Of a stretch of DNA of 58,704 bases, positions 37,992-47,905 are shown piece after piece. This stretch comes from an uncultured Caulobacteraceae bacterium. GTDB taxonomy: Bacteria > Pseudomonadota > Alphaproteobacteria > Caulobacterales > Caulobacteraceae. Both the position numbers and the translations under genes were made by a program. Location of the stretch: positions 1 to 58,704 of the forward strand of contig CAXTEX010000001.1 in NCBI GenBank assembly GCA_964243445.1. Reading direction: 5' to 3'. The notes beneath the pieces were generated by a model that saw nothing but the letters and a program-made list of their open reading frames with translations, was not told the DNA's origin and made no database searches. The first letter of the stretch is position 1; each line of letters starts with the position of its first letter.

Positions 37992-39168
37992 TCATGACGC
38001 CGCCGTCGGCCTCGTGCAGGATGAAGCCCTCGATCGGGTCAAAATCGCCGCGCCAGGGCGCCTGGTCGAGGACCTTGAGCGTATCCGACCGTCCGGCGGT
38101 CCAACGGGCCTGCACCCCCTGCTCGCTGAAATCAATGTCCTTGCTCGACGTCTCCTCCGAGAGCGTCGGGGCCAGCAGGCGCACCACATGCATGCGCGTC
38201 ATGCATCCGTAGGCCGACAGCTCGCGCACCTCCGGCTGGTCTCGGATGTCATCGGGCAGGCGGCGGGTGAGTTCGGCGACGACGTGGCGCAGGCGATGCA
38301 GCTGCTTCTGGCGCGCGATATGGTTCACTGCGCGGCTGGAGAAGCGCACGTCCTTCTCCCGCGACATCACCTTGGCCAAGGTGTCGGGCTCCGCCCCGTC
38401 CGGGTTCCACATGTGAACCGTGAACACCAGGCTGCTGCGCCGCGGCCGATCGTCGAACACCGCCTCCACGGGCGTATTGGAGACGATCCCGCCATCCCAG
38501 TAGAGCACATCGTCGATGCGGACCGCCGGGAAGGCCGGCGGCAGCGCGCAGGAGGCCAGGATGTGGTCGGCCGTCAGCCGCTCGAGAGCCGAATCGAAGT
38601 AGCGCATCTCCGCGGTGCGCAGGTCCGCCGCCCCGACCGTAAGCCGCACGTCGCCGTCGTTGAGGATGTCGAAGTCGATCAGTTCGCCCAGGGTGCGCGC
38701 CAGGGGGGCTGTGCTGTAAAGGCCCGCCCGCTCAGGGCTGAGCTTGGCGTCGAACCCGAACATCGCGTTCATCGTCGGCGCGAAGAAGCCGGGTATGCCC
38801 GTGGCGGCCACCATGGCGTCGGCCATGGACCGTCCCATCACCCCGGCCTGGGTCAGAGCCTGGGTCAGCGGCCCATGCTTCACCCGCCGCCAGAACTCCT
38901 TCAGCCGGGGCAGGCGATCCTCGGACCGGTTGCCGGCGATCAACGCGGCGTTGATCGCGCCAATCGAGGTGCCGATGACCCAGTCCGGACACATCTCCCG
39001 CTCGACGAGCGCCTCATAGACCCCGCCCTGATAGGCGCCCAGAGCCCCGCCGCCCTGCAACACCAGAACCTTCTGGCCCGCCTCGGGCGACATCTCCCCT
39101 TCGTCGGCAGAAGCCCCGGGCGAACGGGTGCGAGCATCGACGGTTTCGGACAGCATGGTCATGGACAT
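37978..39168 (-). CDS. Patatin-like phospholipase with DUF3734-type C-terminus
   Basis: GGGALG, GTSIG nucleophile, DGG, SKDIDFS. Confidence 0.9.
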   Translation of the reverse strand: MSMTMLSETVDARTRSPGASADEGEMSPEAGQKVLVLQGGGALGAYQGGVYEALVEREMCPDWVIGTSIGAINAALIAGNRSEDRLPRLKEFWRRVKHGPLTQALTQAGVMGRSMADAMVAATGIPGFFAPTMNAMFGFDAKLSPERAGLYSTAPLARTLGELIDFDILNDGDVRLTVGAADLRTAEMRYFDSALERLTADHILASCALPPAFPAVRIDDVLYWDGGIVSNTPVEAVFDDRPRRSSLVFTVHMWNPDGAEPDTLAKVMSREKDVRFSSRAVNHIARQKQLHRLRHVVAELTRRLPDDIRDQPEVRELSAYGCMTRMHVVRLLAPTLSEETSSKDIDFSEQGVQARWTAGRSDTLKVLDQAPWRGDFDPIEGFILHEADGGVMIKDG

Positions 39169-39280
39169 GACGCTATATCCGCTTTCCGCGTCGTTCGAGT
39201 TACAATCCGCAAAGCTTTAGCGATGACTGTCCCGTTCGCCGCCATCTTAAAGCTCAATTAGACGTCGCGACGATCGTCTT

Positions 39281-39904
39281 TCAGACATCGCCTTCCGTCG
39301 GAGGCGATCCGCGTCCAGGCCGGCGCTTCACCGCCGAAGCGACATTGTCGGCCAGGACGCGCAGGCCGTCCAAGGCGCGAGCGTCGAGTTCGGCCACCGC
39401 GCGACCGAAGGTCGACTCCGGGCCGAGCGCCTCGTTGACCCGCCGACCCATCTCCGCCACCTCCTCGAACAGGCGCTGGGAGCCCCCCGACGGCTCTCCT
39501 CGCGCCGCTCCGTCCTCGCCCAAGCGCTGGAGCACCGCCGCCGCTATGAAGCCGGAACGGGTCATGTTCTGGGCCTGGGCGGCCTCGTCTAGCCGCCGGA
39601 GCAGGCGCTCGCCGATGGAGATGTTGACGCGCACGGGCGTGTCGTCGACCTGAACGTCCACGAGCAGCACGACCGCACCTCCGGCCTGGAGCGGGCCCAA
39701 GGTCTCGACCGATGTGGCGGCCGGCCAGTCCCGGCCGCTGCGCTCGAGCTCCGACAACTCGTGGAGCAGACGCTCCCGCGCCGCCTTCAGCAGCTCAGCC
39801 CAGCCGGGCTCGGTCACAGATGCGTTCGGGAAATCCACGAAGGCGGCGCGATAGCCTCGCGGCTGATCCCCGGTGACCAGGGCGGGATAGACGGTGACGG
39901 GCAT
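39281..39904 (-). CDS. HicB-like antitoxin (RHH) with C-terminal extension
   Basis: YPALV...FVDFP N-domain; RVNISIGERLLRRLDEAAQAQNMTRSGFI RHH. Confidence 0.8.
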   Translation of the reverse strand: MPVTVYPALVTGDQPRGYRAAFVDFPNASVTEPGWAELLKAARERLLHELSELERSGRDWPAATSVETLGPLQAGGAVVLLVDVQVDDTPVRVNISIGERLLRRLDEAAQAQNMTRSGFIAAAVLQRLGEDGAARGEPSGGSQRLFEEVAEMGRRVNEALGPESTFGRAVAELDARALDGLRVLADNVASAVKRRPGRGSPPTEGDV

Positions 39905-39951
39905 GGAACGCTCCAACACTCTAATGATGTGTAGAAATGCGCAACCATGCG

Positions 39952-39976
39952 GGATCGATCCCTTCGTATCGGCGTT
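39952..39976 (+). promoter_or_regulatory. Putative SigT/EcfG promoter of csbD
   Basis: GGATC-N16-CGTT, one mismatch to GGAAC-N16-CGTT, 32 bp before the ATG. Confidence 0.5.
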
Positions 39977-40007
39977 TTAAGATCGCAGTTTGCAAGGAGA
40001 AGAGTTC

Positions 40008-40337
40008 ATGTCGGAAGATCGGATCGAAGGCGCGGCCAAACAGGGCCTGGGTCGAGTCCAGGATGCAGCCGGCGGATTGCTGGGCAACGACAAGGCCCAG
40101 GCCAAGGGCAAGATGAACGAGGCCGCCGGCTCTGTGCAGAACGCCTATGGTCAGATCAAGGACCAGGCCGCCGACGTCATGGACCAGGCCCGCGATCAGG
40201 CCGAGGACGTCTACGAGCAACTCGAGACCTTCGTGCGCGACCAGCCGATGGCCGCCGTCGCTGTGGGCCTGGGCCTGGGCCTGGTGCTCGGCATGATGCT
40301 CCGAGGCGGGCGCAAGACCGTCTACATTCGCAAGTAG
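40008..40337 (+). CDS. csbD: CsbD family stress protein with ElaB/DUF883-like membrane tail
   Basis: MSEDRIEGAAKQGLGRVQDAAGGLLGN..AKGKMNEAAGSVQNAYG; FVRDQPMAAVAVGLGLG. Confidence 0.87.
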   Translation: MSEDRIEGAAKQGLGRVQDAAGGLLGNDKAQAKGKMNEAAGSVQNAYGQIKDQAADVMDQARDQAEDVYEQLETFVRDQPMAAVAVGLGLGLVLGMMLRGGRKTVYIRK

Positions 40338-40592
40338 GGCGGGGTCGACGCCGCGGCTTGGCCGGATCAAATGCGACCTGATCGCCGGCTTCACCGAAGC
40401 GGGATCATCGACAGGGCCGCTCCCGGACGCCGCACCGATGCCCTCGGCGCGGCGATGACGACCGGCCGCATGGCGTCCCTGCCCCCTGAGATCGCGCCTG
40501 GCGCACGTCTCTACGCGTCCAGCGTGATCGGGTCTGGCTTGGCGCCGGACCCGCATTTGCGGTTTCGACCGCGTTTACAGAGGAAGAACAAC

Positions 40593-40784
40593 ATGGCCAA
40601 GGCCGCTCACAAAGAAGCTGCAGAACATCACGAGAAGGCCGCCAAGGCCCATCACAGCGCCGCCGAGCACCACGAGAAGGGTGACGCCGCGACCGCCACC
40701 AAGCACGCCACCGAGGCCCACGGCCATTCGGCCAAGGCCCACGAGAGCTCGACCAAGGCTCACGCCAAGTCGACCTCCAAGTAA
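40593..40784 (+). CDS. Small His/Ala/Lys-rich protein (63 aa)
   Basis: MAKAAHKEAAEHHEKAAKAHHSAAEHHEKG...; AGAGG RBS; 12 His. Confidence 0.8.
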   Translation: MAKAAHKEAAEHHEKAAKAHHSAAEHHEKGDAATATKHATEAHGHSAKAHESSTKAHAKSTSK

Positions 40785-40795
40785 GCGTCACACGG

Positions 40796-40825
40796 AAGCC
40801 GGCTTCGCGCCGGCTTTCGTCGTTT
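40796..40825 (+). terminator. Intrinsic terminator-like hairpin
   Basis: AAGCCGGC-TTCGC-GCCGGCTT followed by TCGTCGTTT. Confidence 0.6.
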
Positions 40826-40848
40826 ACCCCATCCATTTTACAGAAGGC

Positions 40849-41469
40849 ATGAAGATGAGCCAGACCGTAACCGGTTTGTTCGACACCTACGAAGCCGCCC
40901 AGGTCGCCGTGCAGGATCTCGAGGCGTCCGGCGTACCCCATCGCGACATCAGCATCGTCGCCAACAACGCGCATGGACAACATGACGCTCTGGGCGCTCA
41001 CCGCGCCAATGAAGCCGGCGAAGACGCCGGCAAAGGCGCCGGTCTCGGCGCGACAGTCGGCGGCGTCGGCGGCCTACTCGCCGGCCTGGGCCTTCTGGCC
41101 ATACCGGGGCTGGGTCCCGTCGTCGCGGCCGGCTGGCTCGCCTCCACCCTGGTGGGCGCAGGCGTCGGGGCCGTGGTCGGCGGCGCGGCCGGCGGTCTGG
41201 TGGGCGCGCTCGTCCACGCCGGCGTCCCCGAGCAGGACGCCCACGTCTATGCCGAAGGCGTTCGGCGAGGCGGCGCCCTGGTCACCGCCAAGGTCGACGA
41301 CGCGATGGCGCCGATGGCGCGCGACGTCCTGCAGGGCCAGCGCTCCGTCGATGTGGCCGGCCGTCGGCAGGTCTATGTGGTCGAAGGCTGGAGCCGCTTC
41401 GACGAAACCGCGCCGGTCTACACGGCCGATCAGGTTCGCGCCGAGCGCCAACGCTACAGCCAGATTTGA
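40849..41469 (+). CDS. General stress protein (YflT/17M-like with glycine zipper)
   Basis: TVTGLFDTYEAA, GLLAIPGLGPVVAAG, AHVYAEGVRRGGALVT. Confidence 0.85.
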   Translation: MKMSQTVTGLFDTYEAAQVAVQDLEASGVPHRDISIVANNAHGQHDALGAHRANEAGEDAGKGAGLGATVGGVGGLLAGLGLLAIPGLGPVVAAGWLASTLVGAGVGAVVGGAAGGLVGALVHAGVPEQDAHVYAEGVRRGGALVTAKVDDAMAPMARDVLQGQRSVDVAGRRQVYVVEGWSRFDETAPVYTADQVRAERQRYSQI

Positions 41470-41500
41470 GCAGGGGACGATTTTGAACATGGGGACGATC

Positions 41501-42109
41501 ATGAAAAACACGCTTCTCGCCACCACGATGGCGATCTCGCTGGGCCTGGGGTGCAGCGCCTTCGCCCAGACCTCGGCTCCCGTCGGCGGTCCGGACGCCA
41601 AGGGCAATGCGCCGCTCAAGCATGCTCACACGGTCAACGACGGCTCGGCCAAGCCGGGCGCCAACTCCTTCACCGAAGGACAGGCGCGCCAGCACATCAT
41701 GAAGTCCGGATACAGCGACGTCTCCGGCCTGACCAAGGGCAAGGACGGCGTATGGCGCGGCATGGCCACCCACAACGGCGCCTCGGTGTCGGTCGCCATG
41801 GACTTCAAAGGCAATGTGACCGAAGCCGTCGCCGCTGAGACCGGCGGCTCCGCTGGCGCGGGTGCGGGTGCGACGGCATCTGACGCCGGCTCGCAGAGCA
41901 CGACGCAGAGCGCCACGACGACGAACAGCGCTTCGACGAGCGGCGCTTCGACGGTGCATCACCACCACCATCGTCATCACCACCATCGCCACCACGGCCG
42001 TTGCGCCAACCCCACGCCCAACGGCGCGGCGTGCAGCGGCGTCGACACCAATGGCAAGGGCATCTCCGACAAGGAGCAAAACGCCATCCAGGCGGGCGCC
42101 CACCCCTGA
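41501..42109 (+). CDS. Secreted PepSY-like protein with poly-His tail
   Basis: Signal peptide; PGANSFTEGQAR..GYSDVSGLTKGKDGVWRG..DFKGNV; HHHHHRHHHHRHH. Confidence 0.78.
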   Translation: MKNTLLATTMAISLGLGCSAFAQTSAPVGGPDAKGNAPLKHAHTVNDGSAKPGANSFTEGQARQHIMKSGYSDVSGLTKGKDGVWRGMATHNGASVSVAMDFKGNVTEAVAAETGGSAGAGAGATASDAGSQSTTQSATTTNSASTSGASTVHHHHHRHHHHRHHGRCANPTPNGAACSGVDTNGKGISDKEQNAIQAGAHP

Positions 42110-42210
42110 GCCACGACGACCTCAGGACCGCCGGGGGCCGCCATGCGCCCCCGGCGGCAGACCTGACGCGCCAGGACGCCAGACCGGCGCGCCTGGCGCG
42201 CCTTCGTCGG

Positions 42211-43416
42211 ATGCAGAGGATGGCCACGGGCCTGCTGGCCCTCATGACCATCGTGTTCCTGCTCGCCAGCTACGCCGAGCGTCGCTGGGCCGGCGCGGCC
42301 TATCTGCGCGCCTTCGCCGAGGCGGCCATGGTGGGCGGATGCGCGGACTGGTTCGCCGTCACCGCCCTGTTCCGCCGCCCCTTTGGCCTGCCCATCCCCC
42401 ACACCGCCATCATCCCCCGCGGCAAGGACCGGATCGGCGGCGCGCTCGGCCGATTCATCGTCGAGAATTTCCTCAGCCCTCAGGTGCTTGACGCCAAGCT
42501 GCGCGAGATCGCGCTCGCCGCATGGGTGGGCGATTGGCTGAAACAGCCGCAGAACGCGCGCGTCGTGGCCGTTCGGCTGGTGCGCGCTGGTCCGCAGATC
42601 GTGCGGGCCCTGCCCGAAGGCGCGCTGGACGCGCTGTTCGAGACGGCGGCGCTCGCGGCGGCGCGCTCGATCCCCGCTGCGCCGACGGCGTCGGCCCTGT
42701 TGCGCGCGGCCTGGAACGGCGGCCGCGCCGAGCCGCTGATCGAGCGCGCCGCCGAGTGGCTCGGCGACTATCTCGCCGAACACCAGGAGCTGATCCTTGA
42801 GAAGGTCCAGGCCCAGTCCTGGAAATGGTTGCCGAGCTGGGTCGACAAGGCCATTGCGCGCCAGATCACCCGCGGTCTGGTCCAGCTGCTGACCGACGTG
42901 CGCCAAGCCGATCATCCCTGGCGGGCCAAGCTCGGCGAAGCGGTGGAGGGGCTGATCGAACGACTGGCCCACGACCCCGACCTGCGGCTGCGAGGCGATG
43001 CGCTGAAACAGCAGGTGCTCGACGATCCCCGCTTCGCCGAACACGTCCGCGGCCTGTGGTCCCAGCTTCGAAGCCGGCTAAGCGCCGGCGACTGGGGCCA
43101 GGCCGCCGGATACGAGGTCCGGCTCGAGGCGCTGCTCTGCGGTCTCGGCGACTGGCTGTGCGGCGACGCAGCTTTGCCGCGCTCCCTGAACGCCGCCGCG
43201 CGCACCCTCGTGCGCGAGGTGTTGGCGCCGCGCCGCGAAGCGATCGGCCGCTTTGTGGCGCAGGTGGTCGAAGGCTGGGATGCCCGCAGCGTGGTCGAAC
43301 GGCTGGAGCTGCAGGTCGGTCCCGACCTGCAGTACATCCGGGTCAATGGCGCGGTGGTCGGGGGCTTGGTAGGGTTGGCGCTGTTCGCCCTGTCCCACGC
43401 GCTCGGCCTGGCGTGA
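42211..43416 (+). CDS. DUF445 family membrane protein
   Basis: AFAEAAMVGGCADWFAVTALFRRPFGLPIPHTAII; GPDLQYIRVNGAVVGG; true start probably slightly upstream. Confidence 0.88.
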   Translation: MQRMATGLLALMTIVFLLASYAERRWAGAAYLRAFAEAAMVGGCADWFAVTALFRRPFGLPIPHTAIIPRGKDRIGGALGRFIVENFLSPQVLDAKLREIALAAWVGDWLKQPQNARVVAVRLVRAGPQIVRALPEGALDALFETAALAAARSIPAAPTASALLRAAWNGGRAEPLIERAAEWLGDYLAEHQELILEKVQAQSWKWLPSWVDKAIARQITRGLVQLLTDVRQADHPWRAKLGEAVEGLIERLAHDPDLRLRGDALKQQVLDDPRFAEHVRGLWSQLRSRLSAGDWGQAAGYEVRLEALLCGLGDWLCGDAALPRSLNAAARTLVREVLAPRREAIGRFVAQVVEGWDARSVVERLELQVGPDLQYIRVNGAVVGGLVGLALFALSHALGLA

Positions 43417-43479
43417 GGCCCCGACGACGTCGCAAAGGCGATTACCTCTCCCGCGATCGCGCTCTATAACGCTGGACGC

Positions 43480-45105
43480 ATGAAGACCTCCGTCCGCGCG
43501 CCTCAGGCCCCCTCCGAGTTCGACATCATCGTGGTCGGCGCCGGCCCCGCCGGTTGCGCGGTCGCCTCGCGGCTGGCGAGGGCCAGGCCCGCCTGGCGTG
43601 TCGCCCTGCTGGAGACCGGGCCGGCCAAGGGCGGGCTGGCGACCGAAATCCCCATCGGCATCGCCCAGACCGTCGCCACCGCCTCGGCCGTCAACTACGC
43701 CTATGAGACCGTGCCCCAGCCGGAGCTGAACGGGCGACGGGGGTTCCAGCCGCGGGGGCGCGGGCTCGGCGGCTCCAGCCTGATCAACGCCATGTGCTAC
43801 ATCCGCGGCCAGCCGCAGGACTACGACAGCTGGGCCCAGGCGGGCTGCACCGGCTGGGGCTGGTCGGACGTGCTTCCCCTGTTCAAACGCTCCGAGGACA
43901 ATGTTCGCGGGGCCGACGACCTGCACGGCGCGGGCGGCCCGCTGCGGGTCTCGGAGATCGCCAACCCCGATCCGGTCACCTCGGCCTATGTCGGCGCGGC
44001 GCTGCAGGCCGGCTATCCCTACAATCCTGACTTCAACGGGGCGACCCAGGAAGGCGTGGGCCGCTATCAGGTGTTCCAGCACCGCGGCCGCCGCTGGGAC
44101 GCCGCGCGAGGCTATCTGGCCGACCCGCCGGCCAATCTGACGGTGATGTCGGACACCCAGGCGTTGTCGGTGGAGATCGTCGAGGGTCGCGCGACTGGCG
44201 TCCGCGTCGCCACGCCCGCCGGCGAGCGGACGCTCAAGGCGGCTGGAGAGGTGGTGCTGTGCGGCGGCGTGTTCGGCTCGGCCCAGCTGCTGATGCTGTC
44301 CGGCGTTGGCCCCGGCGCCGACCTGCAGGCGCTCGGCATACCGGTACACGCCGACCGGCCGCAGGTGGGCCAGAACCTGCAGGACCACCTGGACCACGTC
44401 ATCTCCCTGGTGCTCGACGATGTCGCCGGCACTTTCGGCTACACGCCCAAGTCGCTGGCGCGCACCGCCCTGTCCCTGCCCGGCTATCTGATGGGCGGGC
44501 GGGGGCTGGCCTCGTCCAACATCGCCGAGGGCGGCGGCTTCATGAAGTCCGACCCGGCGCTGGAGCAGCCCGACATCCAGCTGCACTTCTGCATCGCCAT
44601 CGTGGACGACCATGGCCGCCGCCGCCACGCCAAGACCGGCGTGTCGCTGCACGCCTGCCTGCTCAATCCGGACAGCCGGGGCGAGGTGCGCCTGGCCAGC
44701 CCGCGCCCGCAGGACGCCCTGCGCATCGACCCGCGCTATCTGTCCGCGCCCCGCGACCTGCCGCGGATGCTGCAGGGCGTGCGCATCGCCCAGCGCATCT
44801 TCTCGGCGCCCGCCATCGCCCGCTACGGCGGCACGCCGCTGTATGAGGCGCTGGACGCCGACGACGCGGAGGTGATCGCCGCCATCCGCGCCCGGGCCGA
44901 CACCATCTACCATCCGGTCGGCACCTGCCGCATGGGCGCCGACCCGGACGCTGTGGTCACCCCGGCGCTGAAGGTGCGCGGGGTCGAGGGGCTGCGCGTC
45001 GCTGACGCGTCGATCATGCCGACGCTGATCAGCGGCAACACCGAGGCGCCCAGCGCCATGATCGGCGAGCGCGCCGCCGACCTGATCGCGGAACGGATGT
45101 CATGA
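43480..45105 (+). CDS. GMC family oxidoreductase (AlkJ/choline dehydrogenase-like)
   Basis: VGAGPAG, GRGLGGSSLINAM, VGQNLQDH, YHPVGTCRMG, GNTEAP. Confidence 0.93.
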   Translation: MKTSVRAPQAPSEFDIIVVGAGPAGCAVASRLARARPAWRVALLETGPAKGGLATEIPIGIAQTVATASAVNYAYETVPQPELNGRRGFQPRGRGLGGSSLINAMCYIRGQPQDYDSWAQAGCTGWGWSDVLPLFKRSEDNVRGADDLHGAGGPLRVSEIANPDPVTSAYVGAALQAGYPYNPDFNGATQEGVGRYQVFQHRGRRWDAARGYLADPPANLTVMSDTQALSVEIVEGRATGVRVATPAGERTLKAAGEVVLCGGVFGSAQLLMLSGVGPGADLQALGIPVHADRPQVGQNLQDHLDHVISLVLDDVAGTFGYTPKSLARTALSLPGYLMGGRGLASSNIAEGGGFMKSDPALEQPDIQLHFCIAIVDDHGRRRHAKTGVSLHACLLNPDSRGEVRLASPRPQDALRIDPRYLSAPRDLPRMLQGVRIAQRIFSAPAIARYGGTPLYEALDADDAEVIAAIRARADTIYHPVGTCRMGADPDAVVTPALKVRGVEGLRVADASIMPTLISGNTEAPSAMIGERAADLIAERMS

Positions 45106-46496
45106 GCGAGCCCACCGAAGCCGAACGCCTGCTGCACCTGCAACGCGCCGCCCACCGGCGCGACGGCGCCCCGCCCAAGGCGCTGCGCCGCGACCGGCTG
45201 CGGCGGCTGGGCGCCATCGTCTCCGACAACCTGCCCGAGATCGGGCGCGCCATCTCCGCCGACTTCGGCAACCGCTCCCTGGTCGAGACCCAGCTGCTGG
45301 AGGGTGCGGGCGTGCTGAATGCGGTGCGCCACGCCCGCCATGAAGTCGGCGTCTGGATGCTGCCCAAGGCGCGCGGCGTGCCCGTGACCTTCTGGCCGGG
45401 CCAGGCCAAGCTGCGCTACGAGCCGCTGGGCGTGGTGGGCGTCGTATCGCCCTGGAACTACCCGCTGATGCTGTCGCTCTCGCCCATGGTCAGCGCGCTG
45501 GCAGCCGGCAACCGGGCCATCCTCAAGCCCGCCTCCAACCTGCCCACCTTCTCCGCCCTGCTCAAGCGCCTGTTCGAGGCGAGCTTCGACGAGGAGGAGG
45601 CCGCGGTGGTGGCCATCGGACGCGGCGTGGCGGAAGCCTTCACCCGCCTGCCCTTCGACCACATCGTGTTCACCGGCTCCTCTGAGACCGGGCGTACGGT
45701 CATGGCCGCCGCCGCCGCCAACCTGACGCCGGTGACGCTGGAGCTCGGCGGCAAGTCGCCGGCCATCGTCTGCCCCTCCGCCGAGCCGAAGAAGACGGTG
45801 GCGGCCATCGCCTACGGCAAGTTCGTCAACGCCGGCCAGACCTGCATCGCCCCCGACTACGTCCTGGCCCCCGCCGCCGACGCCGCCGCCATCGCCGAGG
45901 GGATCATCGCGGAGGCCCGCCGCGGCTATCCCGACCTCGGCCCCGACTACAGCACGCTCATCGACCAGAAGACCTTCGACAGGCTCGTCGGCGCCCTCGA
46001 CGAGGCGGAGGCGGCCGGCGCGACGGTGCTGCGCCACGGCGGCGCGCCCGATCGTGAGCGCAAGCTGCTGCCGCCGACCGTCGTGCTCGACCCGCCGCAC
46101 GACGGCGAGCTGATGACGCGCGAGATCTTCGGTCCCATCCTGCCGGTGATCCCCTACGCCAGCCTAGAGGAGGCGTTGGCCTTCGTCGCCGACCGGCCCC
46201 ACCCGCTGGCCCTCTACGTCTTCGCCGAGGATGGGGCCGAGGTGGATCGCGTGCTGGACGGCTCCCAGTCGGGGGGCGTGACGGTCAACGGGACCCTGCT
46301 GCACATCGCCCAGGACGAGCTGCCCTTCGGCGGCGTGGGCGAGAGCGGCATGGGCCACTACCACGGCGTGGAAGGCTTCCGCCGCCTCAGCCACGCCCGC
46401 GGCGTCTTCCGCCCCGGTCCCGTGAACCCGCTGAGCCTGTTCGCCCCGCCCTACGGCAAGCGCACCGAAACGCTGCTGAAACACATCGTGCGGTGA
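45102..46496 (+). CDS. Aldehyde dehydrogenase, coniferyl aldehyde/ALDH3 type
   Basis: PWNYP, FTGS, TLELGGKSP, NAGQTCIAPDY, EIFGP, PFGGVGESGMGHYHG; ATGA-coupled to the GMC gene. Confidence 0.92.
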   Translation: MSEPTEAERLLHLQRAAHRRDGAPPKALRRDRLRRLGAIVSDNLPEIGRAISADFGNRSLVETQLLEGAGVLNAVRHARHEVGVWMLPKARGVPVTFWPGQAKLRYEPLGVVGVVSPWNYPLMLSLSPMVSALAAGNRAILKPASNLPTFSALLKRLFEASFDEEEAAVVAIGRGVAEAFTRLPFDHIVFTGSSETGRTVMAAAAANLTPVTLELGGKSPAIVCPSAEPKKTVAAIAYGKFVNAGQTCIAPDYVLAPAADAAAIAEGIIAEARRGYPDLGPDYSTLIDQKTFDRLVGALDEAEAAGATVLRHGGAPDRERKLLPPTVVLDPPHDGELMTREIFGPILPVIPYASLEEALAFVADRPHPLALYVFAEDGAEVDRVLDGSQSGGVTVNGTLLHIAQDELPFGGVGESGMGHYHGVEGFRRLSHARGVFRPGPVNPLSLFAPPYGKRTETLLKHIVR

Positions 46497-46570
46497 ACAG
46501 ACCGCGCCCCTCGCCAGCGCCGCTCGGCTGGCCTAGGGTCGCGTGGCGCTCCAGCGGGAGCCTGGAGACC

Positions 46571-47116
46571 ATGATGAAGCGGATGATGGCGGGCGCGGCG
46601 CTGGCCGCAACGATCGCTGCGGCCGCGAGCCCGGCCCTGGCGGCGCTGTCGGTCGGCGCGCCGGCCCCGGACTTCACCGCCCCCGCCACCCTCGGCGGCC
46701 ACGAATTCACCTTCAAGCTGGCCGAGGCGCTGAAGAAGGGTCCGGTCGTGGTGTACTTCTACCCCGCCGCCTTCACCAAGGGCTGCACGGTTGAGGCGCA
46801 CGAGTTCGCCGCCGCCATGGACCAGTTCCGCGCCATGCACGCCACCGTCATCGGCGTCAGCCACGATGACATCGCAACGCTGGACCGCTTCTCCACCTCG
46901 GAGTGCCAAAGCAAGTTCCCGGTCGCCGCCGACCCCAAGCTGGCCATCGCCAAGGACTATGACGCGCGCCTGCCCCTGGTCGGCTTCGCCAACCGCACCT
47001 CCTACGTCATCGCGCCTGACGGCCGGGTGATCTACGCCTACAGCAACCTGAACCCGGCCGAACATGTCCAGAACCTGCTGGGCGCAGTGAAGGCGTATCA
47101 GGACAAGCGGGGCTGA
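46571..47116 (+). CDS. Exported peroxiredoxin (BCP/AhpC-TSA)
   Basis: Signal peptide; YFYPAAFTKGCTVEA peroxidatic motif. Confidence 0.88.
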   Translation: MMKRMMAGAALAATIAAAASPALAALSVGAPAPDFTAPATLGGHEFTFKLAEALKKGPVVVYFYPAAFTKGCTVEAHEFAAAMDQFRAMHATVIGVSHDDIATLDRFSTSECQSKFPVAADPKLAIAKDYDARLPLVGFANRTSYVIAPDGRVIYAYSNLNPAEHVQNLLGAVKAYQDKRG

Positions 47117-47121
47117 ACGGA

Positions 47122-47208
47122 GCGCCCCCTCCACCAAGCAGGAGGATCAAAGCCGCTGAGATGCTCCCCCCTTGGGGGAGCTGGCCGCGGAGCGGACTGA
47201 GGGGGCGC
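47122..47208. repeat. CIR/REP-like intergenic palindromic element
   Basis: 10-bp terminal inverted repeat GCGCCCCCTC / GAGGGGGCGC with internal GCTCCCCC..GGGGAGC hairpin; between convergent genes. Confidence 0.65.
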
Positions 47209-47212
47209 CGCC

Positions 47213-47785
47213 TCAGTCCTTCGCCCGCTCCGAATAGCTGCCGTCCTCGGTCATCACCACGATGCGCGTGCCCGCGGTGATGTAGGTCGGCACCATGGTG
47301 CGCACGCCGTTGGACAGGATCGCCGGCTTGTAGGAGCCCGACGCCGTCTGGCCCTTCACCACCGGCTCGGTCTCCATCACCTCCAGCGTCACCCGCGGCG
47401 GCAGCTCGAGCGCCAGCACGATGCCCTCATGCACCATCAGCGAGACGGTCATGCCGTCCTGCAGGTAGGGCGCGGCGTCGCCGATCAACTCCTTGGACGC
47501 GTCGAGCTGGTCGTAGCTCTCCGGGTTCATGAAATGGAAGCCGTCGCCGTCCTGGTAGAGGAAGGTGTGCGGCCGCTCATCCACCTCGGCGCGCTCCACC
47601 ACTTCGGTGGTGCGGTAGCGTTCCGACACCTTCACCCCGTCGGCGATGCGGCGCATGTCGAGCTGGGTCACCGGCGTGCCCTTGCCCGGATGGATGTTCT
47701 CGATGCTGAGCACGATGTAGAGCCTGCCGTCCATATCCACGGCGTTGCCCTTGCGGAGCGAGCTGGCGGCGACCTTCACGAGCAT
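47213..47785 (-). CDS. efp: Elongation factor P
   Basis: [15 protein letters not shown] loop (Lys), [24 protein letters not shown]. Confidence 0.96.
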   Translation of the reverse strand: MLVKVAASSLRKGNAVDMDGRLYIVLSIENIHPGKGTPVTQLDMRRIADGVKVSERYRTTEVVERAEVDERPHTFLYQDGDGFHFMNPESYDQLDASKELIGDAAPYLQDGMTVSLMVHEGIVLALELPPRVTLEVMETEPVVKGQTASGSYKPAILSNGVRTMVPTYITAGTRIVVMTEDGSYSERAKD

Positions 47786-47905
47786 ATTCCTTGTTGGCCA
47801 CGCGAGGACATGGCGCTCGCGGAGAGGTATCCGAGTTGATCGGGGGTTTGCACCTATAGCCGACGCCCAGCAAATCGCCACCCCCGCCCACCCGGAGCGC
47901 TCGTC

